A DNA stretch of 64,000 nucleotides. Origin: Podarcis pityusensis. Its lineage: Eukaryota. A model generated the notes under the pieces. It saw nothing but the letters and a program-made list of their open reading frames with translations, was not told where the DNA came from and did no database searches. The position numbers were made by a program, and so were the translations under genes. This document shows positions 1 through 15,147 of this stretch, piece after piece; within the stretch, counting starts at the first letter, position 1; every line of letters begins with the position of its first letter. The stretch lies in the NCBI GenBank assembly GCA_964106645.2, contig OZ067038.1; one strand, written 5' to 3'.

Positions 1-86
1 ACACAATGGTATTCAGGAGTTGGGGGAGGAGACATCTAGTTCATATTGTGTGGGTTCTACTATATACTGTTTCCTCTTTCTTGCAG

Positions 87-2264
87 AGTGTAATACTCTG
101 AATGGATTAGTATCAGAAGTGTTCATCCGTTTCTTTGTGGAGACGATCGGACACTATTCCCTTTTCCTCACTCAAAATGAAAAGGCCGAGCGAGTCTTCC
201 AAAGAGAGGCTTTCCGCAAATCTGTGGCTTCAAAGAGCATCCGCCGTTTCTTAGAGGTCTTTATGGAATCTCAGATGTTTGCTGGGTTTATCCAAGATAG
301 AGAACTCCGAAAATGCAGGGCAAAAGGTAAGGCCTGTTCTCTCAACTGTGAGATGGCCTTTTCATTTATTAATGTATTGTAGTACTCATAATTCGCAAAT
401 TACAAGCATTTAGCTTGTGTGCATTCAGCTTATGCACTTGGCATTTATTTTTAAAGGGAGCGGGTGTCTAGGAAAAAATACTTTGGCAATCCCACCCACC
501 ATCTCCTAACAGGAGAAAGGCTGATGAATGCTGGGATGAATGAAGACATGGAACGTTTGAAAATAAGGCTTTTGAAATACCCTTCAGAAAACAAATGGTG
601 TGTGTGTGTGAGAGAGAGAGGGTCTCTGGCTGCCACAAAAGTAAGAGCACTAGGTCTTGATCCTCCTTTCTCTTGGAAAAAGACCAATATTTCTCTTTCA
701 TCCATTTCCCACAGGTCTCTTTGAACAGAGGGTTGAACAGTATTTGGAAGAGCTTCCAGACACTGAACAAAGTGGAGTAAATAAGTTTCTGCGAGGCCTT
801 GGTAAGGAACTTAAAACAGAGGCTTTGAAATATTGAAACATGTGCATCATGTTGAAAAAATGCTAAGAAAAGGCCCTATTATAAAGCACATTTCGTTCCT
901 GGAGGCTTTTTCATTGTAGCATCTGGTAGATATGCAAGAGAAGGCAACATTTATTAACAAGTAATGGAAGAGCTTAGCTTCTGCAGAAAGTGCTGACCTA
1001 TTTAACAGTCCTGGTAACACGCTTTGCTTCATGATCCATTGCGTACAACAACTGAAAATTCTTTAGAAGGGCCTCAGTTGATCAAATGAAATTATAATAT
1101 ATTGTATCTGATAAGCAAAACAAAATGCAGTTCATAGTACTGTTTTCGTTTTAATATAGGAAGGGAAGGTGTGCTTCTTTTAAAAAAAAGAAAGAATTGA
1201 TTTAGCTCTTTGGCTTCTAGATTGTTGAAATGTTTGTGTTTGTGGGGATGATGAGAGTGGGAGTCCAATAACATCTGTAGGATGCCCCATCCCTGCTTTA
1301 AAGTATATGTGAGACTCTAGACTGAGGGGGGAAACTATACATGTAGATGAAAAGCAGAAAAGGGTCAAGGACCTGCCCTCCAAACACACACTTAAAATTG
1401 CAGTCTCTTTATTTTTTGGGGAAAAAATGGGACTTTGTTTCATTCATTCATTGCATATAACGTAAAGTTCATATAATGTAAAGCTCATGCTTTTCAGAAG
1501 AATCAAGGGAGGGCAAAGATATAACAATATACTTTAACAATATGTCCTTAAATGGGATGTGGAGAGGAGGCTGTGGTGAGGACTTTAAAAAACAGAGACA
1601 GTAAGCTTGTCAACCCAGTACAATTGTACAGTAGTGATAAGGAAGACATCATTCCTCTTTGTACACAGAAATTGTTACCTGTGCACACACACTACATGTA
1701 TGTGTCAGACAGTTTTCCTCTGCTAATTAATTTTATTATAATGTTTGAGCATGAAAATAAATTTTAAGAAATACAGTGGTACCTTGGGTTAAGAACTTAA
1801 TTTGTTCTGGAGGTCCGTTCTTAACCTGAAACTGTTCTTAACCTGAGGTACCACTTTAGCTAATGGGCCCTCCTGCTGCTGCCGCACCACTGGAGCACAA
1901 TTTCTGTTCTCATCCTGAAGCAAAGTTCTTAACCCAAGGTACTTTTTTTGGGGTAGCGGAGTCTGTAACCTGAAGCGTCTATAACCCAAGGTACCACTGT
2001 AAAATGAGAGTGTTTCATCATTGTGTTTCATCTCATGTACATAAACCAGGATTGTGGTAGTAGTGAATTCTATGCTGCTTTTCAAACTAAATGTCTGAGA
2101 CACCACCAAGATATAGATTTCATTGTATGCTGTGACCTCTTTACCAAAAAGAAGTTGTGCTGTTTTGAATTCTTGATGGTTTAAAATGTATATTAATAAC
2201 TGTATGATATCTCATTTGTGTTATTTCAGGAAATAAAATGAGGTTCCTTCACAAGAAGAATTAA
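87..2264 (+). CDS. DENND2B: DENND2B/ST5, last three coding exons: join(87..326,715..801,2230..2264); 5' part outside window
   Basis: AG/GT-bounded exons in consistent phase translate to ECNTLNGLVSEVFIRFFVETIGHY...RRFLEVFMESQMFAGFIQDRELRKCRAK / GLFEQRVEQYLEELPDTEQSGVNKFLRGL / GNKMRFLHKKN*, matching the dDENN domain and C-terminus of ST5/DENND2B as I recall it; synteny with RPL27A and TRIM66. Confidence 0.95.
1774..1999. mobile_element. Tc1/mariner (pogo/Tigger-like) MITE
   Basis: Perfect 18-bp TIRs CAGTGGTACCTTGGGTTA / TAACCCAAGGTACCACTG flanked by TA on both sides (1772-1773, 2000-2001). Confidence 0.85.
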
Positions 2265-3004
2265 TTCATTTCTACTGAATTACGGATCCAAAGACTATTT
2301 ATGATGCCGGCACAGATCACCACCTACATCTTTTTTTCCGATTCTGATGATGGAGGGGACAAAATTAGCTGGTCACAAGTTTAAGTGACTGCAAATGATG
2401 TTTCACTGTGCATCAGCAATAATAATAATAATAATAACAATAACGTATTTGGATAGATATTTGTAAATGATGTGCTGTAAGCGTCCTTAACAAACAAACA
2501 AAAATTGTCACGAGCACGGACAACTGTGGTAATATTTGTATATTCCTGAAAATAACAGGTGCTTCTTTCTTTAGTGCAAACTGAGTTATGCTTGGTGCAA
2601 ACTGAATAGCTAATTATGTGCAGCCGACTGTCTCAGCGGAACCACTGACTTCATCAGATATTTGTGAGAGCTACATGGTGTACTGTGGAAGCGAATGAAC
2701 TCCAGTGTGGGAATTTGGGGGTGGGGGTATATGAAAGAGGTCTGATTTTTTATATGACAGAGTTTATATTTTTCTCTAGTGTTTCTTCTAATTAATTTTT
2801 CAAGAAAAAGAATAACAAGTTATTCTGTAATAAGGTACTTGATTCACAATCACAGATTATCTGCTTTGTTTTAAATGATGGTCAGTAAATTATAATGCGT
2901 TCTGCACTATGATTGCTAAACATGGAGAAATCTCTGGCCTTTTGACACACAGGCTGCAAATGGTGAGGTACAGTCCATCTTTTTCTAATGTATGTATGAT
3001 TTCT

Positions 3005-3010
3005 AATAAA
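3005..3010 (+). terminator. Probable DENND2B polyadenylation signal AATAAA
   Basis: AATAAA about 740 nt after the stop, preceded by TGTA motifs and followed by TG/T-rich sequence. Confidence 0.6.
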
Positions 3011-4889
3011 TTGTGTAAATACTTGTGTCAAATGTCATTCATTAGAATTCTTCTGATGTTGGCTGCTGCCTCAATACTAAATGAATAACTAGATTTACTT
3101 TGAAGTTGTATAACTTGTGCTGTAAATCCCTTAGGAACACAGTGGGATTTCCCCCCCAAGTAGATATTCATAGGACTGGGCTTGACAGCCCAAAGTACTA
3201 AACCATTGTTTTAAACCTTGTTAGAAGCTGACCTCTGCATCTTGGCAAAGTAACACTCAAACTAATAGAATTTACTAACTGTATCCTGAAAATCCTAGGC
3301 ATTCCACTTGCAGAGTGGGACTTGTGCAACTCCTGAGGGCTGAGTGATTTGTTCCTTTAGCCTTATTTCTTTAAAAAGCTAGAATTCCTGGTCATCCAGT
3401 GGAATCTATTGGCATTGCTTTTTAAGCAGACATTACCCAGTGCATTTATGGAATATACCGGTATTTAAAGAGGGTCGGGGAACCTGTGGCCCTCCAATGT
3501 TATTCAACTCCCATGAGCCCCAGAGAGCATGGCCAGTGGTCAGTCCCAATAACACCTGAAGCACCACATGTTTCCTATCCCTGTATTAAAAAATGTAGCA
3601 GCGACTATTAGCTTAGATGGGTTGAGAACGTCATAGACAATTGGTCTACTTAAAAGCAAAAACTTCAAAGTAAATGTTTGTTCATCAGGTCATTTTTCAT
3701 TGTTCACAATGACTTTCTGCATATAAAAAAATGCCCCGATAATGGATCAATGGCACTTTAAAAGGAGACTGCAACATAAAACTGGTGAACTACAATTGAT
3801 CAAGAGTGTCAATGTTACCAATGGGATTAAAAATAAATAAATCACACTACAAGTGTTAATTGGCATACTGATGTCATGATTAACCCAGTTGGATTTGTGT
3901 GCGTGAAAATGGCCACTATTAATAATGCAATTATCACACTGTATTTTTCTGCATTTCCTTTCCTTCGAACCTTACTGTTTAAGGTTCCATACCACCATCA
4001 GTACTAGTGGATGCTCTGCACAATGCCTGTTCCTTTGGTTATGAAATATCAATGTGGTGCAGTGGTTAAATGAAGAATCATCCATTGGGTGGGGAGCGTG
4101 CGCTATGGGCACCTCTTAAGAGACCACATCCCATAACCTTGCATGCACCATCTCCTCAATATGAGTGTTAAAGTCAAGTGCTCACTGAATCCGCCATAGC
4201 CTGCTCCACATTAAATCCCACACTTAAACCCTTCTATACGTTCCACCTCACACAGCCCCCTACGGAACTCCACACCCCACTGATATCCCAGACACACACC
4301 AAGCACCATACTGAGATTCTCACTGATAACACTTCCAGTATTTATTTTCTCACAGAAACACAGTGATGTAGGACCCACTGGGGTTCTTATTCTTATTGCT
4401 CTTACTCATCAAGAAAGCAAACTAAACCCATGCACTGCACACCAGCTTTTAACCTTTCTTCAATCTCTTTTTAACAGCCAAAATTGTGTCCCGTCCCCCC
4501 ACTTTTAAAACCCTTAAACGTTCTCTTCCAATAACCAACGTTACTCCTACAACGAGCAACAAGACTCTTCTCTAAGATCATTTCAGAACAACGCAATGAA
4601 ATGAAGCCTCTGGCTGCGCGCTCTGGCTAAACTTTTGCATCGGCCACCTCTACTTCCTAACCCTAACCCCTCTTGCCCCGCACATGGAGGAGGCTTACTC
4701 AGAACCGGAAGTGAGGCATGAATGCGTGATCGTGAGCGGCGGAAACTGCGCTTTGAGACTCGTTGACCCATTCCCCACCCCCACCCCCGCCGCGCGAGAC
4801 ATCGCGAGAAGAGCGCGCTTCCCCGGTTCTTTTGTGAAAGCTCGCGAGAGAGGCCTCTCTCTCTTTCCCTCTGACTCTGGCCCAGCAAG

Positions 4890-9927
<5,038 letters not shown>

Positions 9928-9953
9928 AGGATTTTTCTATGTATCCAGACTTC

Positions 9954-9959
9954 AATAAA
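9954..9959 (+). terminator. RPL27A: RPL27A polyadenylation signal AATAAA
   Basis: AATAAA 26 nt after the stop codon; short 3'UTR typical of ribosomal-protein mRNAs. Confidence 0.85.
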
Positions 9960-11310
9960 CACAATTTCAGCTGTGTATTCATAAGCTTAAAATTTGAAAA
10001 GTATCTCATTGCCAATTCTAATACTCCTAACTTGATTTTTTTTGGGGGGGAAGGTCCATCAAGAGAGTAGTTTTTTGTTCAAAATGTTTTCTTGCAGCTA
10101 TTTCAGTGTACGAGCACAAAAGTGGCACAGGAGTCAGAATTTCCGTTTCAGCCCTTCTCATTGTAAAGATAGGCTTAAACACATGAACCTTGTTTTGTGA
10201 AATTGAATGTGTTTGGAGTGTTCTACATGTGAGAGAGCACCTGCACACGAGCAGTTCAGACCATGATACCAGTGGCTTTTGTCCCCTACTGGGAACGTGT
10301 CTTTCTGTGCCAACTGGTTGTGGTTGCCCAGAATTTTGATTGTATGCCATAGTCTTAAGGTGACCATGTTCACATTATTCTGCTGTTTAATACATATGTT
10401 TTTTAGGTAGTAAACTATGTGCAGTTCACACCAGCAGATGTGAACAAGAACAAACTAGCTATATATTATTTTTAAGGAAAAGCAGAAACATTTTACAAAT
10501 TTAGGCATCTATTTAAATTGAAATGGTTTTTCTTCGGAACTGAATGATTCCCTATGCAGGACATAATTTGTTAAAAAACATATACCAGGACTCTTAAAGG
10601 CAGCTCACAAATTCCAGTGTACACCCAGGAACCAGTGGCATTACCATACCACTCAAACTTCTCTTCAAACTTCTTTAATGGGATAGTCACCACTGGCATT
10701 CTCCAGCAGACTACTGGATGCAGGAAATGTCCTTTTCGTGTATCAGGGAGGAGAGGGGATTTTCACTGAGCCCCCTCTATCTACAGTCTTAAAGGTTCTA
10801 GAGCAACTTTTCAGAAAAAAACTGGTGAAAAATCCTCTGTACTTTAATATTACACAGGAACGTGGGAGGACAAAGCAGAAATAACTATTGGTTAAGCTAA
10901 AGGCTTGTGCATAAGTTAAGTGGTGTATTAGTGGCTGTGCCAGCACTGAAAAAGCGTTCTCATGGTGCCCAGAGCAGAGCATCAGTGAGGACTAATATGG
11001 AGAAAGATGCTCATAAGGGACATACCTGGACATTGTAAAAAGGCAGTACTTTACCAGGATAAGCTGGCTACAACCTGTTTTGGATCCTACATGTTCCACC
11101 AGCTAATTTTGTTTTTCAAAGTGGGCCTGGGCCATAAAGGAGGATCAAGAAAGTCCCTCCAACACCAATCTGTGTGATTACTTTGTGCAATTTTGATGTT
11201 GTTAGTCCTATGAACATTCACTGGAGACACATCCACTGGAACGCGTTCCTCAAAATTATATCCTCATGTAACAAACAAAAACCAAACAACTTCAGCTTTT
11301 ATGCAAACTT

Positions 11311-11316
11311 TTTATT
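11311..11316 (-). terminator. Poly(A) signal of the minus-strand snoRNA host transcript
   Basis: TTTATT on + (AATAAA on -), followed on - by a GU/U-rich element GTTGTTTGGTTTTTGTTTGTT (about 11291-11271). Confidence 0.6.
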
Positions 11317-12361
11317 AAAAAATGGAAGTATTCCCTCAATATAAACTCAAGCCTATTCAGAACTATTTAAGAATTGCAATACAAACTTAAGTGGCACTAG
11401 CAACATATCAGATGTGCAGAACCCTCAGACTGGATGCAGACTGACAGAAACAAGTTTACTGAAACATTTGTGGAATGACATACCCAGATTGAGATTAGAA
11501 AGTTGTGCTGGCCGAATGTAAGGTTGATGGAGAACAACTTGCTTCTGTTAAACATATTTGTAGTTTTAAGAGTTTTGTAACAGAAGGCAGCTTCCAAATC
11601 ACTACCAGTACACCCAAAGCAATGGTCTCTGACTATAACATAGATGTAAACAAGCATTTTTGGTACTTGATAATTTAGACTTCTCAAAAGGATTACAAAT
11701 AACCATTATTTTCCACTTTAAAGTTAAGAGCGAGAACTGGACGCTTCAGTTGAAGCCAGAAGCCACCACACCCAATGTGACAGATGGGTGTGGTTTGGGT
11801 GTTCCAGGCCAAACTGGAACTGTGATGGGCTCCCCCAGCCATGAACAGAACACAATTGAAATTTTAACATGTAGAACACTATTCTTAAACTGGTAGGTAA
11901 GGTAGTAGCCTGATCCAAGGTGGTTTGCAACAGGAGCAGTATCACCATGCAAATATATGGTAAAAGAGTAAGAAATGGGTTGCTAAATTCATGTTTGGTT
12001 TAAAACCGGGTCCTGGGCCTGAAAAGGTTGAAGATGCCTGTAATCCAAAGTCTATATTTGCTCCTCACAAACTTACCAAGACTACAAAATCAGCAGGTAC
12101 TCTTAATCCAGCGTGGTTTGGGGGCTCATCCACTTAGCACACAGAGTTGATCTGGTGCATAGTTTCCCCCCCCTTCAAGCAGTAAGGTCTCGTAACAACT
12201 TTTCCAAATAAACTGGATGGCTACAAAGGAAAAAACACAATGCAATGTTGCTGTGTGGCTCATTTTTACTTACAAATCTCTTCCCTTGAAACTCTTTACT
12301 CACTTTAATCAGCACTCTGCCTCCCCCAATTTTCAGAAAGTTCACTGGAATTCAGGTGTAG

Positions 12362-12492
12362 GTCTGTCACTAACCTGGTGACTGACTTTGCTACAGAACA
12401 ACAAAGTCAGTGAATAAAGATTAGTTTTTCTCTCCGAGTACTATAGCACACCACAACGACTGAAGACATCAAGATGTGACTCTAGTCTCGAT
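12362..12492 (-). ncRNA. SNORA3: Second H/ACA snoRNA SNORA3/ACA3 family copy, intronic in the RPL27A-derived host
   Basis: Reverse complement is 131 nt: ATCGAGACTAGAGTCACATCTTG...TGGTGTGCTATAGTACTCGG-AGAGAA(H box)...CTTTATTCACTGAC...GTCAGTCACCAGGTTAGTG-ACA-GAC; roughly 80% identical by eye to 7255-7385 with guide-pocket sequences unchanged. Confidence 0.9.
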
Positions 12493-12609
12493 TAATTATA
12501 GGTACACAAGCTTCTTACTCATTTACTGTTTCAACCCAATACGCTAATTCTGTCTAGAACTGTAAACACATATTTTATTTCAGAAACAGAAAGACTCTCA
12601 CCAAAAAAT

Positions 12610-13210
12610 GATCGCGCGCCTGCTTGAACTTATTCGCTCCTTTTAAACCCTGCTCCCCGCTACTCACCACGTGAAAGGAAGAAGGGAAGCAGGAAGCGGA
12701 AGAAGACCTTCCTCAAGGAACCTCCCACAATGCTCTCAGGGTGCGTGCGGGGGGGGGGAGGGGCACATAGAACGGGAGAGAGAAGTGAAGCTCGGCCATT
12801 CCTGGAGCGGCAACACAGCCTGCACTTCCGGTGGCCATTGAAAGCCGTCACGCTGTGGTGTAACTGTGCCGCTCCAGCCCTGTGGCAGCTCTATGATAAA
12901 TGCCCGCTTTGCACTGGAGGGGAAGGGTGGGGCGGGAAACCAATCCAGGGATATACCGGAAGTTTTCGCTCTCATCGAAGTGTAACGCAGTTAGCGTCAG
13001 GAAGGCGATGACGTCACCTAGCTTTTGGTCTTGCCACTCAAGTGGGAGGAGAATTCAGCAGAGCCCCTGTTGAGGGCGGGAAACTTTCCTCAGCGCAAAA
13101 AAAAAAAAAAAAAAAAAGCAAGCTCCTAACACCTACCATTGGCTGATATATTTTTTAAAGAAAGGCTTCGCCTGTGGAGGTTTTCCCCTCTCCTCCCTTG
13201 AGCGTAGTGG
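12610..13210. promoter_or_regulatory. CpG-rich, probably bidirectional promoter (minus-strand snoRNA host; plus-strand TRIM66)
   Basis: Minus-strand TOP-like tract CTTCTTCCGCTTCCTGCTTCCCTTCTTCCTTT (12705-12674); ZNF143-like CTCCCACAATGC 12722-12733; ETS/GABP CACTTCCGGT 12823-12832 and ACCGGAAGT 12955-12963 in opposite orientations; GC boxes about 12930 and 13074; CCAAT about 12940; perfect CRE TGACGTCA 13009-13016. Confidence 0.75.
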
Positions 13211-14038
13211 GCGGTATCTGTGCTTTCAGTCAAAACTGTATTCTTGTGGCACCTCAAACACTTACAATTTATTAGAAGGCAGTTGCTGGTGAGCCTTTAA
13301 ATGCAGCCCTCTTCGCTTGATAACGTCACTGGAGAATGCAAAATTGGAATAAATCCCAGCCAAGTCATTTTGTTGTCCTTTTGTATCCAGCGGGGGCCCT
13401 TGGTCCCTGAACTGTATGTTCCTCGGAGTGCAGCCTTGCCATTCAGGCATGCTCAGAAGCGAGTCCTTTTGATTTCAGGGGTACTGACTCCCTGAGGCTG
13501 CACAGCTATACACATCTGGGACTATGTCCTATTGAACTGAGTGAGCAGAGACTTTCCTCTGAGTAGAAACAGCTAGCATTGGCCTCGGGCTGTCGATATT
13601 TATTCCGTACAGTACTTCATTAATGAAGCCACCTGCTGTGCTGCTCCCCTTTCTCGCTTGATCTTCCAAGAAGCAGCTATATCCTAACTAGCCTTTTCAT
13701 TTTCCGCGTTGGGAATGTGATGTAGTATCACTTTGCAGCATAGTGGGAAATTTAATAGGTGGCCACCCAGCACTGCTTGGAACACTTGCTATTTACTATC
13801 AGTGCCAGGTACTCTGGGTGTGTAAGGTATAAGGCAGTCTTAAGGAAGCTGGTCCTGAGCTGTATAGGGCCTTACGTGGTCAGGGATCGTTGTCTCTCTA
13901 ATTGTGTGTTATTCCACATTTCTCACTGCAGCGGTTTTGTGTTATGCCATACCAGCCCCATATCAGCCATTTTGTCCCCAGCACCCTCTCAAAAGTCATT
14001 ATGTGTCCACTGGCCCAAAAATGTTGTCAACCCCTGGT

Positions 14039-14260
14039 ATAATAATAATAATAATAATTATTATTATTTATTATTTATACCCCGCCCATCAGGCTGTGTT
14101 TCCCCAACCACTGTGGGCAGCTTCCAACAAAACACTAAAATACAATAACCTATTAAACATTAAAAGCTTCCCTAAACAGGGCTGCCTTCAGATGTCTTCT
14201 AAAAGTTTGGTAGTTATTTTTCTCTTTGACATCTGGTGGGAGGGCGTTCCACAGGGCGGG
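14039..14260 (-). mobile_element. LINE 3' end fragment (L2-like)
   Basis: (AAT)n(TTA)n tail then TTTATACCCCGCCCATC...GGGAGGGCGTTCCACAGGGCGGG; same family as 5363-5428. Confidence 0.6.
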
Positions 14261-15147
14261 TATAGGTCAGATTAAAATAAATGAGAAAGACTTGGGGGAC
14301 GGGTGAGTAAGCTGTGCTCCCCCCACCTCAAGAAACATAACTATTCCAGGGCAAGGGGACATATTTGTCTTCTTGACTCCAAAGCCTAAGTTCAAACAGT
14401 GACAAACCCATATACACATCTTTAACATCAGAATGATGCAATGGCACGGGGCAAATCTGACACTAGGTGGCCTGACTTGTGCTAAATGGGCCCCAGAGCA
14501 AAATTGATATTTTTGTGTGAGCATTTCTTGTCCCCAGAAGATCCTGGAAGATACACTTCCAAGCAGGAGATGAACTAAAATCAGGGGCATGATGTTACAA
14601 ATGAATGTTATAGAATACACAAGTGCCTTTGGCCACCATAGTAACAAAATCCAGGAAACAGGGCACATATTTTATTGTGTTCCATATGTCATGGAAGGGT
14701 TAGAGCATACACCAGTCAGAAAACTCAACATGAACTTCATTGTCTCTACAATACAGAACAGCAATAGCAAACTCCTGATTCCTCCAAGTACATTTAAATA
14801 AAGTACCACCTGGGGATTAAACTATATGATGACACTGTCTACACACAAAAATAGAAAGACTGGACATTTTCATTTGTTCCTAGAAACTCCTCTGTTTTAT
14901 TGTAAATAATTCATAGTGTGTCTAATAATTGCAGTTATATGCATCTCCCAGGGATAACAGTTTATTTCCTGAGCAAAATGTAATGGGATTGCTCAGCCAA
15001 GATCATGCAAAGAAGTCACATGCATCTTAGATAATTACATTGGGAAAAGAAGAATCTGATATTTTGCTGACCCACCAATGGAATATAAGGTTTGTTTTTT
15101 ATGTCGGACTACTGACCAACTACATAATTTTAGTGATACACAGCAAG

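Larger units (their letters stand above)
11295..12706 (-). pseudogene. RPL27A-derived, coding-dead paralog acting as a putative non-coding snoRNA host gene: exon 1 about 12706..12668, possible small exon 12559..12519, exon-4 homolog 12220..12077, terminal exon ending near 11295
   Basis: Minus-strand exon tttgtag|CCATCCAGTTTATTTGGAAAAGTTGTTACGAGACCTTACTGCTTGAAG...GCTGGATTA...TTGTAGTCTTG|gtaagt aligns to RPL27A exon 4 (ccag|TCATCCTGGTTATTTTGGAAAAGTTGGTATGAGACATTACCACTTGAAG...GCGGGATTA...TTGTACGCTCG|gtaagt) but is 144 vs 175 nt and frameshifted. Exon 1 ends GTG|gtgagtagcg versus ATG|gtaggtagcg in RPL27A. AATAAA at 11316-11311. Confidence 0.8.

Noticed and set aside
12009-12050. Plus-strand GTCCTGGGC...GCCTGTAATC resembling RPL27A exon 5
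   Set aside because: Wrong strand for the paralog, short, and better explained as the end of a hAT-type MITE (AAACCGG..CCTGG...AAAAGGTTG).
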